The translations under genes and the position numbers were made by a program. The notes under the pieces are model-generated. The model searched no databases, was not told where the DNA came from, and saw only the letters and a program-made list of their open reading frames with translations. A stretch of 64,000 nucleotides of DNA from Polyangiaceae bacterium (GTDB lineage: Bacteria > Myxococcota_A > Polyangia > Polyangiales > Polyangiaceae): positions 1-64,000 of the forward strand of contig JBILLK010000017.1 of assembly GCA_044376115.1 (NCBI GenBank), written 5' to 3'. Shown piece after piece: positions 18,617-27,491 of the stretch; the first letter of the stretch is position 1, and every line of letters begins with the position of its first letter.

Positions 18617-20466
18617 TGGACGCGCGAGCTACACAACCGGCCCAGCTGGTTTCTCCTGCAGGTGAGCTCCCGATCACTGTCTACAGGAATGCGACCTTGG
18701 AGGCGCTCGCCACCCCTCTATCGCGCTTTGCGGGCAAACTTGGGCTGAAGCCGCTCAGGCTCAACTTCTCGTCGCTCGACCCATTGCTCGAGGTTATACG
18801 CCAAGAACGCGTTCAGTCGAGTTCCACCGCTGCGGTTGTCCTACTTGCGCTCGACCGTTTACGCGAAGCCTGGGACGGAAGCGGGCGGTTTCTGGGGCAA
18901 CAGGCCTATGACTACCACGCGACGCTGCTCAAGCTGCTGTTCCAGCGGGGGGCACAACAATGCATACTCGTTGCGCCGCTCCGCCCCATTGAATACGCGT
19001 TCTCCAACGCGGATACCGCTGATTACTACAAGATGCTCTGTCAGTTGGCGGAGTTGGCTCGCACGGATCAACGGATAACCTTCTTGGATACTCCCGCAAT
19101 CGCCGCTGAGCTGGGTGAGGCAAAAGCGGTTGATAGACGATTCTGGTTTCACTACGAAGCCCCATTCTCGCCTGCTCTGCTCGAGCGGGTTGCCGAGGCC
19201 GTCGTAGTCGCGCTCGGTCGAAGGCTTGGCGTGGTGAAGAAGGTCATCGTGCTGGACTGCGACAACACCTTATGGGGAGGAGTCGTCGGCGAGGATGGGC
19301 TCGAGGGGATCAAGCTCTCACCATCCGAACCTTCGGGACGCCCATATCACGCGTTCCAGCGTCAGCTCGCTTCACTCAAGCAACGAGGCGTGCTCTTGTG
19401 TTTGTGCAGTAAGAACAACCTTGCTGACGTGCATGAGGTCTTTGACGCTCACCCTTACAGTGTACTCAAGGCAGGAGACTTCGTCGCTGAGCGGGTCAAC
19501 TGGAACGACAAGGCGAAGAATCTTCGTGAGCTAGCCAAGGAGCTCCAGTTGGGACTGGATAGCTTCGTCTTCATTGACGACTCAGACGTCGAGTGTTCAC
19601 TCGTTCGAGCCGAGCTCCCGGACGTCGAGGTGCTTCAAGTTCCACGTGTAGTCTCAGATCTCCCGGGGCTTTTACAACGATGCCTGGCTTTTGGAGCGGA
19701 GGGAGTGACCAAGGAGGACGCGCTCCGTGCGCAGTCCTACGTAGACGACAAGCGGCGTGAGCTCGAGCGTGCACGGCACACAGACATCGTCGGCTTCTTG
19801 CAATCGCTTGAGATTGTTCTCGAGATCCGTCCCGGGTCTCGAGCGACGCTCGCGCGATTGGTCCAGCTCGCCGCGCGCACCAATCAGTTCAACCTGACAA
19901 CTGTACGCTACAGCGATGCTGAGCTAGCTAGTTTGCTTGATTCGCCTGACCATATCGTGCTCGAGCTCGACGCCCGAGACCGATTCGGAGTGCAAGGCCT
20001 CACCGGACTGTGTGTCGTATCTTTGACTTGTGGGCGTCTGTCGATTGACGCCTTCATGCTCAGCTGCCGCGTTCTTGGTCGTAAGATCGAGCAAGGCTTC
20101 CTCTCTCGAGCGATCTCATTGGCCCGCGCGAGGTTTGGGCAGAGGCCAGTACGTGGTCGGTTTATTGCTACGCCAAAGAATGAGCAGACCCGCGACTTCT
20201 TTAAGGAGGCAGGGTTCTCAATGCTTGAGTCCGAGCACGGGCAAGTAGAGGTCGCGCCAGTGGACATCTCCTTCGAGTTGGCAGCTGACGCTGAAGTGGC
20301 GTTCCCGTCTCATCTTTTGTTGGAGGCACAGCATGATCGAGCAAGTGGTGCGAGTGGTTTCGGAGGTGCTGGGAGTACCGAGCACCTTGGTTGGCGCAAA
20401 GACCTCCGCCCGGGATTTGGTGGAGTGGGACTCTCTTCGGCACATGAACCTGATTGTCGCCATTGA
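18616..20466 (+). CDS. FkbH-like HAD-IIIC glyceryl transferase/phosphatase
   Basis: VLDCDNTLWGGVVGEDG, SKNN, NWNDK, FIDDS..E, RTNQFNLT, DRFG..G, LSCRVLGRKIE. Confidence 0.93.
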   Translation: MDARATQPAQLVSPAGELPITVYRNATLEALATPLSRFAGKLGLKPLRLNFSSLDPLLEVIRQERVQSSSTAAVVLLALDRLREAWDGSGRFLGQQAYDYHATLLKLLFQRGAQQCILVAPLRPIEYAFSNADTADYYKMLCQLAELARTDQRITFLDTPAIAAELGEAKAVDRRFWFHYEAPFSPALLERVAEAVVVALGRRLGVVKKVIVLDCDNTLWGGVVGEDGLEGIKLSPSEPSGRPYHAFQRQLASLKQRGVLLCLCSKNNLADVHEVFDAHPYSVLKAGDFVAERVNWNDKAKNLRELAKELQLGLDSFVFIDDSDVECSLVRAELPDVEVLQVPRVVSDLPGLLQRCLAFGAEGVTKEDALRAQSYVDDKRRELERARHTDIVGFLQSLEIVLEIRPGSRATLARLVQLAARTNQFNLTTVRYSDAELASLLDSPDHIVLELDARDRFGVQGLTGLCVVSLTCGRLSIDAFMLSCRVLGRKIEQGFLSRAISLARARFGQRPVRGRFIATPKNEQTRDFFKEAGFSMLESEHGQVEVAPVDISFELAADAEVAFPSHLLLEAQHDRASGASGFGGAGSTEHLGWRKDLRPGFGGVGLSSAHEPDCRH

Positions 20467-20569
20467 GGACCGGTTCGCCGTAACCCTTGATGAGTCCCGC
20501 TTCGCTGAATTGGACTCTGTCGACGCAATCAGCAAAGAGTTGGAGAGAGTTGGAGCTCGCGCGGCGTGA
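20333..20569 (+). CDS. Acyl carrier protein
   Basis: WDSLRHMNLIVAIEDRF phosphopantetheine motif; ggagg RBS upstream. Confidence 0.9.
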   Translation: MIEQVVRVVSEVLGVPSTLVGAKTSARDLVEWDSLRHMNLIVAIEDRFAVTLDESRFAELDSVDAISKELERVGARAA

Positions 20570-21117
20570 TCAAGAAGAACGTTCTTCACGCCCTACGCCT
20601 GTTCATTACCAATGTGAAGGTGATGGCGCGAGCGGACGTTCTGATTGAGAAGGGCGTAACAATCAAGTACAGCGAGTCGCTCGTCTTTGGCGAGCACGTT
20701 ACGCTTCAATCAGGCGTCTATCTGTACGGTTCCCGCAGCGGTCACCAGGTCAAGTTCGGGAATCGCGTGGTTCTAGCGCCCGGAGTCACTGTCCTAGGCG
20801 AAGGCGGGGCGGAGTTCGGCGACTTTACTCACTTGGGTCCGGGTGTGATTTGCACCACCCAATACGGGGACTCGACGGGCAAGATGTGCTCTTCATCCCC
20901 CACCATCAAGACGGCTGCAATCCGGCTCGGGCGCGGCTGCTGGATTGGAAGTGGAGCGATCTTGATGCCCGGCGCAACGCTTGGGAATGAATGTATCGTT
21001 GCCCCTAACTCGGTTGTATTCGGTGTTTGGCCGGATGGGACCAAGCTATCGGGATCGCCGGCGCGGCGGGATCTACGCGCTAACGCTGTGGCCACTCCGG
21101 CCGAGCAAGCTTCATAA
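20566..21117 (+). CDS. Left-handed beta-helix (hexapeptide) acyltransferase
   Basis: Hexapeptide repeats; IRLGRGCWIGSGAILMPGATLG..CIVAPNSVV, GSPAR. Confidence 0.85.
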   Translation: MIKKNVLHALRLFITNVKVMARADVLIEKGVTIKYSESLVFGEHVTLQSGVYLYGSRSGHQVKFGNRVVLAPGVTVLGEGGAEFGDFTHLGPGVICTTQYGDSTGKMCSSSPTIKTAAIRLGRGCWIGSGAILMPGATLGNECIVAPNSVVFGVWPDGTKLSGSPARRDLRANAVATPAEQAS

Positions 21118-21134
21118 TGGCCAAGGGATAGGAC

Positions 21135-22436
21135 GTGAGCGTGTCACGAAAACCGTTTAAGCTTTCGCCGGACGCCGTAGTTTCGGGCCCGAAGCTGTCT
21201 GCATGTTTGATTGTGCGGAACGAGGCAGCGCGACTTCCACGTTGCCTCTCCTCACTCAGCGGTATTGCGGATGAACTCATCGTCGTGGATACCGGCTCAA
21301 CGGACGATACGGTGGCGATCGCCTCCAGGTTCAAGGCAAGGGTGATTCGCGAGGCGTGGCAGGAGGACTTCTCAAAAGCGCGGAATGTCGCACTTGCTGC
21401 CGCAACTGGGGATTGGGTTCTGTCGATCGACGGGGATGAGTGGCTCTCCAAAGCCAGTCGGAGTGCGCTGAGGCAGGCGTTGGCGAATCCAGACGTGCGC
21501 GCGTACAAGCTTACGTTGATCAACCACTTAGACGGTGGCCGACAAGACCGTGAGCTGATTACGAGGCTCTTTCGTCGTGACCCGCGCGTGTGTTGGCGTG
21601 GGCGTATCCATGAGCAAGTTACAGAGGCGTTGGCCGAGTCCCTGACTAGTCCCTCGGAGTGGGCTGAAGCACGCAACGTCGTGCTCGAACACGACGGGTA
21701 CTTGAGAACAATCCTCAATGAGAGAAAGAAAGGCGAGCGCAACCGCCGCCTCTTGGAGCTCGCTGTTGAAGAAGCACCTGGGGATCCCTACCTCCGTTAC
21801 AAGCTCTCACGTGAGTTGACCGGCCCCGATGCGCTGGCGCACCTCGAGGCGGCTCTCGCGACCCTACTTAACTGGAGCATCGAACGGTTACGCGTACAGC
21901 CATGGGCAGAGCAGGCGCTGATAAACGGAGCGCTCGCACTTTCTTGTGCGGAGAGGCCGGCCGTCGTTGAGCAGATCACAGCTACCTCACGCGCGGCCTT
22001 TGGTGACCATCCCGCACTCTACCTTGCGTGTGCGCGGGCACAATTGCGGCTGGGAAGACCAAGCGACGCGTTGGCAACCGCAACTGCCGGGACGTCGGAG
22101 GCGGGAGGCCCTGATTTCGACCGAGCACAATTGCAATCGGAGCTCGAGTTGTGCGCCGCGCACGCAGAGAGAACGCTTGGGGACTTTGACGCGGCCCATC
22201 GTCGCTTGACCCAATTGCGAAAGAGCCACCCCGAGTTTGGCGCAGCGACCCACGGCCTGATTGAGCTAGCGATCGCTTCACGTGACTACAAGAACGCTTT
22301 GCGGTTGGCGTTGACTCGACTGCGCGAGCACCCCTCCGACGCCACGGCCTTGAGCCTCTCGGCGGTCGTGGCTGAACGAGTGGGAGATCTCGAAGCGGCA
22401 GCGCGCTGGCGACGCGGGAGCGCCGTCACCCCCTAG
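21135..22436 (+). CDS. GT2 glycosyltransferase with TPR-like C-terminus
   Basis: LSACLIVRNE, VVDTGSTDDT, WQEDFSKARN, SIDGDE, RLFRR, GRIHEQ, HDGY, K.ERN. Confidence 0.9.
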   Translation: MSVSRKPFKLSPDAVVSGPKLSACLIVRNEAARLPRCLSSLSGIADELIVVDTGSTDDTVAIASRFKARVIREAWQEDFSKARNVALAAATGDWVLSIDGDEWLSKASRSALRQALANPDVRAYKLTLINHLDGGRQDRELITRLFRRDPRVCWRGRIHEQVTEALAESLTSPSEWAEARNVVLEHDGYLRTILNERKKGERNRRLLELAVEEAPGDPYLRYKLSRELTGPDALAHLEAALATLLNWSIERLRVQPWAEQALINGALALSCAERPAVVEQITATSRAAFGDHPALYLACARAQLRLGRPSDALATATAGTSEAGGPDFDRAQLQSELELCAAHAERTLGDFDAAHRRLTQLRKSHPEFGAATHGLIELAIASRDYKNALRLALTRLREHPSDATALSLSAVVAERVGDLEAAARWRRGSAVTP

Positions 22437-22508
22437 TGCGTGGGCCGACTCAGCGCGCACCGAGAATGAGAGACAAGCTATCCGGTTCTCGGCTACCGTC
22501 GCGGTTGC

Positions 22509-23813
22509 GTGCGAGATGCGGAACGCTTGCTTGTTCTTCGTGATCTGCTCGTGCGGGTTCAGGTGCGGTCGGGGCGAGGTCTCGACGTGCCGCTTCACGG
22601 GAAGCTCGTAGAGCTTTCAGCTTCGCAGCTTGGCGGGACACCGACCTCCGACCTCGGTGACTTTTCATTTGAAGACGCGGCGTCTTCACAGGAGAACCGC
22701 CGCCTTCAATACGAAGGGTCCTTCCTCCCGTCCGGGGAACAGGAGAGTGAACGCAGCTGGTCAGCGCTACTCGAGAAGGATCCGCTCTTCGCCGTGGAAC
22801 CCAACCCAGCTGCGGAGCAGGGTTCTAAGCCTGTTGAAGCGATGAACGCGAGCCTGGCCCCCGCCGAGACTTCGCTTCCAAGCCAGCAGCTGACGCCGCC
22901 TCCGCTTGGTCCGGTGCAGTTTACAGGTCATTTTGAGACCAGCGTCGGAGCGCTCGTGGAAGCCATCGATCAGACGTCGCTGTGGGCAAGCGCTGGGAGC
23001 GAACTAAAGGTACGCGCCAAGCTTGATGACGTAGTGGTGGAGCAAAAGGCCCCGGAGAGTATGGTGGCACTGGTCGAGCCACCATCAGGCGCTCCAGCAA
23101 CGGAACGGCTCGGCCCGGGACGTGAGGTGGGTTCCAGGAATCGGCTGGCGCGTGCACAACGCCGCGAGAAGAAACGGCTTAGCGTTTCACTGCCCAAACA
23201 AGGGTCGGCGGCTCCCTCACAACTTCCACCCGTTAGCGAGAACGAGACCCTGCGTGATGAAGTTGAACCGCTAGTCCCTATTGTCAGTGTGCGTCGCCGG
23301 GCTAACACCATCCCGATGATAGTCGGCGTTAGTGCACTATTGCTTGGCCTACTAAGCTGGGCACGCTTTGTCCGGCAGGACGGTCTGAAGGGAAATGAAG
23401 AGCAGCTAGTAGTTGAGCCCATCGCCTCGACGATGGGCGTGCCGGCAGCCTCAACTGGAACCCGCTCGAGCGCGCTCCCCGTCTCCGTTTCCGCACCTGC
23501 TCGACAAGACTCCCCGACGACCGCCTCAGCCATGACACGACCAACACCGCCAGCGCTACGGTTCCCAGCGAGTAACGGCCTTTTGTGGGTCGAAGCGCCA
23601 AGCCCGGGGCGGGTTTTTGTTCAAGGTATCGATGCGGGACCGACGAGCGCTTTCCTCGAAGTATCCTGCGGTCTGAGAAACGTGCGCGTAGCGCAAGTGA
23701 ATCCGCCGCCGCCAGGACAGTCCTTTCCTGACTGGCTGGGCGAGGCTGAGAGCGTGGTGATTCCCTGTGGTCGTGCACACCACGTAGAGTTGCCGCGCCC
23801 ACGCGCACAATGA
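22509..23813 (+). CDS. Hypothetical single-pass membrane protein with PEGA-like C-terminus
   Basis: Long ORF, one TM (IVGVSALLLGLLSW), Pro/Ser linker, GRVFVQGIDAGPT; start uncertain. Confidence 0.55.
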   Translation: MRDAERLLVLRDLLVRVQVRSGRGLDVPLHGKLVELSASQLGGTPTSDLGDFSFEDAASSQENRRLQYEGSFLPSGEQESERSWSALLEKDPLFAVEPNPAAEQGSKPVEAMNASLAPAETSLPSQQLTPPPLGPVQFTGHFETSVGALVEAIDQTSLWASAGSELKVRAKLDDVVVEQKAPESMVALVEPPSGAPATERLGPGREVGSRNRLARAQRREKKRLSVSLPKQGSAAPSQLPPVSENETLRDEVEPLVPIVSVRRRANTIPMIVGVSALLLGLLSWARFVRQDGLKGNEEQLVVEPIASTMGVPAASTGTRSSALPVSVSAPARQDSPTTASAMTRPTPPALRFPASNGLLWVEAPSPGRVFVQGIDAGPTSAFLEVSCGLRNVRVAQVNPPPPGQSFPDWLGEAESVVIPCGRAHHVELPRPRAQ

Positions 23814-23852
23814 ACCTGCCCGACGACGCTGGAACAGTCTAGCTTTAAGGGT

Positions 23853-24209
23853 GTGACTAGCCCGGACGAGGCCCAAGGCCTAGAGGAGTTCAACTGTCGC
23901 TCGTGCGGCGCTTGTTGCCGTCAAATCCCAGACGGCACAGCTCTGGTCTCCGCTGAAGATCTCGTGCGTTGGAAGAGAACAAGTCGCCACGACATCTTGT
24001 CGCGTCTCGTCCCAGGCCACTTTGGTCAACAGGGGCTTGGAGCGGACGACTCAGGAACCTGCCATTTCTTGGGCACCCCAGAAAATCCAAACGATTGCAG
24101 TGTCTACGAGACGCGAGGTTGGGCTTGCCATGCACTTGAGCCAGGGAGCAGCCAATGCCGTTCCTACCGCCACTCTGCGGGACATAGCAAAATAGCCAAT
24201 AGAGCTTAG
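23853..24209 (+). CDS. YkgJ family cysteine-cluster protein
   Basis: CRSCGACC, CHFL, CSVYETR..AC. Confidence 0.85.
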   Translation: MTSPDEAQGLEEFNCRSCGACCRQIPDGTALVSAEDLVRWKRTSRHDILSRLVPGHFGQQGLGADDSGTCHFLGTPENPNDCSVYETRGWACHALEPGSSQCRSYRHSAGHSKIANRA

Positions 24210-24213
24210 TTGC

Positions 24214-25851
24214 ATGACCAAGACGAGCAACAACGCACTTCGAGCGCCGCTCGATTTGGCGCTCGGCGACGAAATCCACGCGCTCGATCTGCTCGTCGCG
24301 AGATTGTGGCAGTGCCTCACCCTCATCGGAATGGTCGGTGGACTAACGGTCGCGTGGGTTCTGAACTTTGCGGAGGGAAACGCGATTAGCGCGCTATCCG
24401 TCGTTGGCTTCGTCTGGTTCACGATTGAGCACGCCTGGCTCGGTCGCCCGTCTAGTCGACTTGCCGTTCAGATCGGCACGTTCGTCGAGGGCATCACGCC
24501 TTCCGCTTTTCTGCTTGCGATAGCCGCGACGCGCTCGGCTGCGGATGCGCTTGGCTCCTATGTTCCGCCGCTGCTGTTCGCTGCGGTCACTATCGCAGCC
24601 ATCGCTCGACTACGTCACCGAACGACAGCGTTCTTTGGCTTACTAAATGCGGTCTCCTTCATCGCCCTCTACTTCTTGTTCCTCCGTTCTCGGCTGAGCG
24701 CGGAGGAAGCGCTTCGGCCGCTACTTTCACCGGGAATGCAGATCGTGCGGGCGCTATCGTTCGCAGGCGGCGGCGGTCTGGCTTACATCATTACGCGCGC
24801 GTTGCGTCGCGCGATCGGTCGAGCAGAACGCAACGTTCGATCACACGATCTGTTTGGCAAGTATCGCCTCGAAGACAAATTGGGCTCAGGTGGAATGGGC
24901 ACAGTCCACCGCGCAGTCTATTGTCCCGAAGGCGGCTTTGAACGCACGGTGGCAGTAAAGCTGCTGCACGCGCATCTGGCCGACAAGCCCGAGTTCATTT
25001 CAGCTTTCCGCGAGGAAGCGGAGCTATCCGCCCGACTCGTTCACCCCAACATCGTGCAGGTGCTCGACTTTGGACGCTACGGGGAGTCTTACTTCTTGGC
25101 GATGGAGTTCGTCGACGGGGTCACGCTCTCCTGGCTCATGAAGCGGACCGCGCGCGCCAAGCGTCGCCTTGGCTCGGATGAGATCGCCTGGTTGGGTTTA
25201 CAGATCTTGGCAGGGCTTGCGTTTTCCCACGACGGTGCGCGTGACGCTGAGGGCCGCAGGCTTCACGTCATTCACCGGGATCTGTGTCCAGCCAATATCC
25301 TTGTTTCTTCAAGCGGTGACGTCCGCATCTCGGACTTCGGAATTGCCAAGGCCCTTAGGGATGCCACCTTCTCCGAGACAAAGACAGTGGCTGGACACGC
25401 CGGATATATGGCGCCAGAGCAGATTCGCGCGGATCCGCTCGACGAACGCTGTGACCTATTTGCGGTCGGGGTGATCCTTTGGGAGCTCCTCTCGGGACGA
25501 CCACTCTTTCGAAGAGGAACGGAGGGACTCTCAGCTTTGGCAATCCTTAACCACGAGGTGCCGCCGCTCTCAGAGGTTTCAGCCGAGGTGGCTGCACAAT
25601 GGGATCCGATCCTGAGAAGGGCCTTGGCGCAAGGCCCTGCGTCCCGCTTCCAGACGGCCAACGAGATGAGCGCAGCCCTGGCGGCGGTACGTGAGTCGCC
25701 GGAGTCATGTCACGAGAGTCTGGCCAAGCTCGTGGAATGGGTGCGAGGAGAGCAAGAGAAGGACGATGCGGGAGAGACGGAAATTGTGACCGCTCCCACC
25801 GAACGTTCGGACAGCGAGGCAATACGAGCGCAACCTTCAAGCGCCCACTGA
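24214..25851 (+). CDS. Ser/Thr protein kinase with N-terminal multi-TM domain
   Basis: LGSGGMG, VAVK, HPNIV, HRDLCPANIL, DFG, YMAPEQ, DLFAVG. Confidence 0.92.
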   Translation: MTKTSNNALRAPLDLALGDEIHALDLLVARLWQCLTLIGMVGGLTVAWVLNFAEGNAISALSVVGFVWFTIEHAWLGRPSSRLAVQIGTFVEGITPSAFLLAIAATRSAADALGSYVPPLLFAAVTIAAIARLRHRTTAFFGLLNAVSFIALYFLFLRSRLSAEEALRPLLSPGMQIVRALSFAGGGGLAYIITRALRRAIGRAERNVRSHDLFGKYRLEDKLGSGGMGTVHRAVYCPEGGFERTVAVKLLHAHLADKPEFISAFREEAELSARLVHPNIVQVLDFGRYGESYFLAMEFVDGVTLSWLMKRTARAKRRLGSDEIAWLGLQILAGLAFSHDGARDAEGRRLHVIHRDLCPANILVSSSGDVRISDFGIAKALRDATFSETKTVAGHAGYMAPEQIRADPLDERCDLFAVGVILWELLSGRPLFRRGTEGLSALAILNHEVPPLSEVSAEVAAQWDPILRRALAQGPASRFQTANEMSAALAAVRESPESCHESLAKLVEWVRGEQEKDDAGETEIVTAPTERSDSEAIRAQPSSAH

Positions 25852-25888
25852 CATCGAGGCTCAGTCCTATCGGCCCGCTGTCAGAAGC

Positions 25889-26689
25889 TCAGCGGCGTTC
25901 AGCCCTACCCGCCATCATGTACTGAGCGCGCCCTTCCGACGGAAGCTTCTCAATTGCATAGCGCAACATGGTGCGCGGCATCTCCGCCGCGTGTTCGTCA
26001 AGAAAGCCTGTAAGGGCCGCGATACTGGCATGGCCGACCTCACGCAACATCCAGCCGGTTGCCTTATGAATGAGGTCTTCACGGTCGCTCAGAAGCTCTT
26101 TCGCCAGGGCCAGAGTATCAACGGTATCGCCTTTGCGAATGAAGTATTGAGTCGCCAAAATGGCAACTCTGCGCGACCAAAGGTGGTCTCTTCGTGCAAG
26201 TTCGTAGAGCAGCCTTCGATCGCGATCATGCAGGTATCCCCCGACAATCGCAGGCGCGGAAGAGTCCACGAGGTCCCAATTGTTTATCTGCGTGAGTGAG
26301 GCTAGGTAGAAATCGAAAATCCGCTGCTGCTTTGCAGGATCTTTCTTCGCCCGCTCGAATTGGCGAACGAGGATCAGCAACGCAGTAAGCCTCTCCTCAT
26401 GGAACTCGGACCACAGCAGTTTCCGGAGCTCAGGCAACTCGAGGTTGGAGAACTGCTTTGCCACCCCGCGTTGCACTGGAACAGGGACCCCGAGGAACAC
26501 GTCCCCTTCCCCGTACTCACCTGCGCCGGTCTTGAAGAAGCGCCTGGAGACCTCCGCCCGCTGTTCATTGGCGAGCGCGGCGAGAGCCGCAGAGACTTGA
26601 CTGGCCTCCGCCGTCTCTTCCGTGGCTGAAGCCGCGCCGCGGCTCGAGAGCCGCCGTGCGTTCGCCTTCTCGGTGGTACCCCGAGTCAC
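25889..26689 (-). CDS. DNA alkylation repair protein (AlkD family)
   Basis: FFKTGAGEYGEGDVFLGV, NNWDLVDSSA, DLIHKATGWMLREVG, MPRTMLRYAIEK. Confidence 0.9.
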   Translation of the reverse strand: MTRGTTEKANARRLSSRGAASATEETAEASQVSAALAALANEQRAEVSRRFFKTGAGEYGEGDVFLGVPVPVQRGVAKQFSNLELPELRKLLWSEFHEERLTALLILVRQFERAKKDPAKQQRIFDFYLASLTQINNWDLVDSSAPAIVGGYLHDRDRRLLYELARRDHLWSRRVAILATQYFIRKGDTVDTLALAKELLSDREDLIHKATGWMLREVGHASIAALTGFLDEHAAEMPRTMLRYAIEKLPSEGRAQYMMAGRAERR

Positions 26690-26695
26690 TCGACC

Positions 26696-27388
26696 TCAAA
26701 TGCGCGCAAAGAGGCTGGGCAAGTCACCCTTCGGCAGCTCGATAATCGGCCAGGAGTAAGTCTTGGCCAAGGTGCGTAGTCGATTATCGGGGTTGATGGC
26801 CGCCGGGTGCCCAACGATACTCAGCATCGGCACATCGGAATAGCTGTCTGAATATGCAAAGCAGGTCTCGAGGTCATGCCCGTGAGCCTTGGCATGATCA
26901 CGCACCAGCTTGGACTTCTCGGGCCCTGCCACGACCGGCCGGAGCAGCTTGCCGGTAGCAAAACGGTCCTTCAGCTCCAGACGGTTGGCGATGATCCCAG
27001 TAGCACCTAGATAGTCAGCCAGGTGGCGAATCACAAAGTCGAGGGCACCGGAAACCAGAACAACGTCGTGCCCCTTGTCGAGACAAGAGCGCACGAGATC
27101 CTTGGCTCCGCGAAACAGCGCTGGCTTGAGGACTCTGGAAAACGCCTCCTCGGACAGCGTCATCAGGCGGTCTTCACTCATTCCACCGTAGGAAGCGAAC
27201 AGCATCTCATTGAAGAGCCGACGGTCTCGCATTTCTGCGAGGGCCATCAAGGGAGCTTTGGCTACTGCATTCCCGAGCTTCGCGAGCGAGTGGAACGGCG
27301 TCTGTTGCCGTAACATGTAGTACAGCGTCGGGTGCACGAGGTTGGTGGAAACCAGAGTGCCGTCGACGTCAAAATAGCTGGCCGCCAT
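26696..27388 (-). CDS. HAD-IB family hydrolase (SerB-like)
   Basis: FDVDGTL, LVSG, AYSDSYSDVPML, INPD; start trimmed from the overlong ORF to ATG 27388. Confidence 0.88.
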   Translation of the reverse strand: MAASYFDVDGTLVSTNLVHPTLYYMLRQQTPFHSLAKLGNAVAKAPLMALAEMRDRRLFNEMLFASYGGMSEDRLMTLSEEAFSRVLKPALFRGAKDLVRSCLDKGHDVVLVSGALDFVIRHLADYLGATGIIANRLELKDRFATGKLLRPVVAGPEKSKLVRDHAKAHGHDLETCFAYSDSYSDVPMLSIVGHPAAINPDNRLRTLAKTYSWPIIELPKGDLPSLFARI

Positions 27389-27491
27389 GCGCGAGGGTCT
27401 CGCAGAGGCGCGGCGCTCCGTCAAGCTCCGCTCTTCGCCTGGGGTCAAGCACAGGTTGACGCCAGAAGGCGACCGTCCCACGACACAGTTC

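Noticed and set aside
18616..20569. PKS/tetronate secondary-metabolite cluster
   Set aside because: No ketosynthase, FabH-like or NRPS gene in the window; context is sugar biosynthesis
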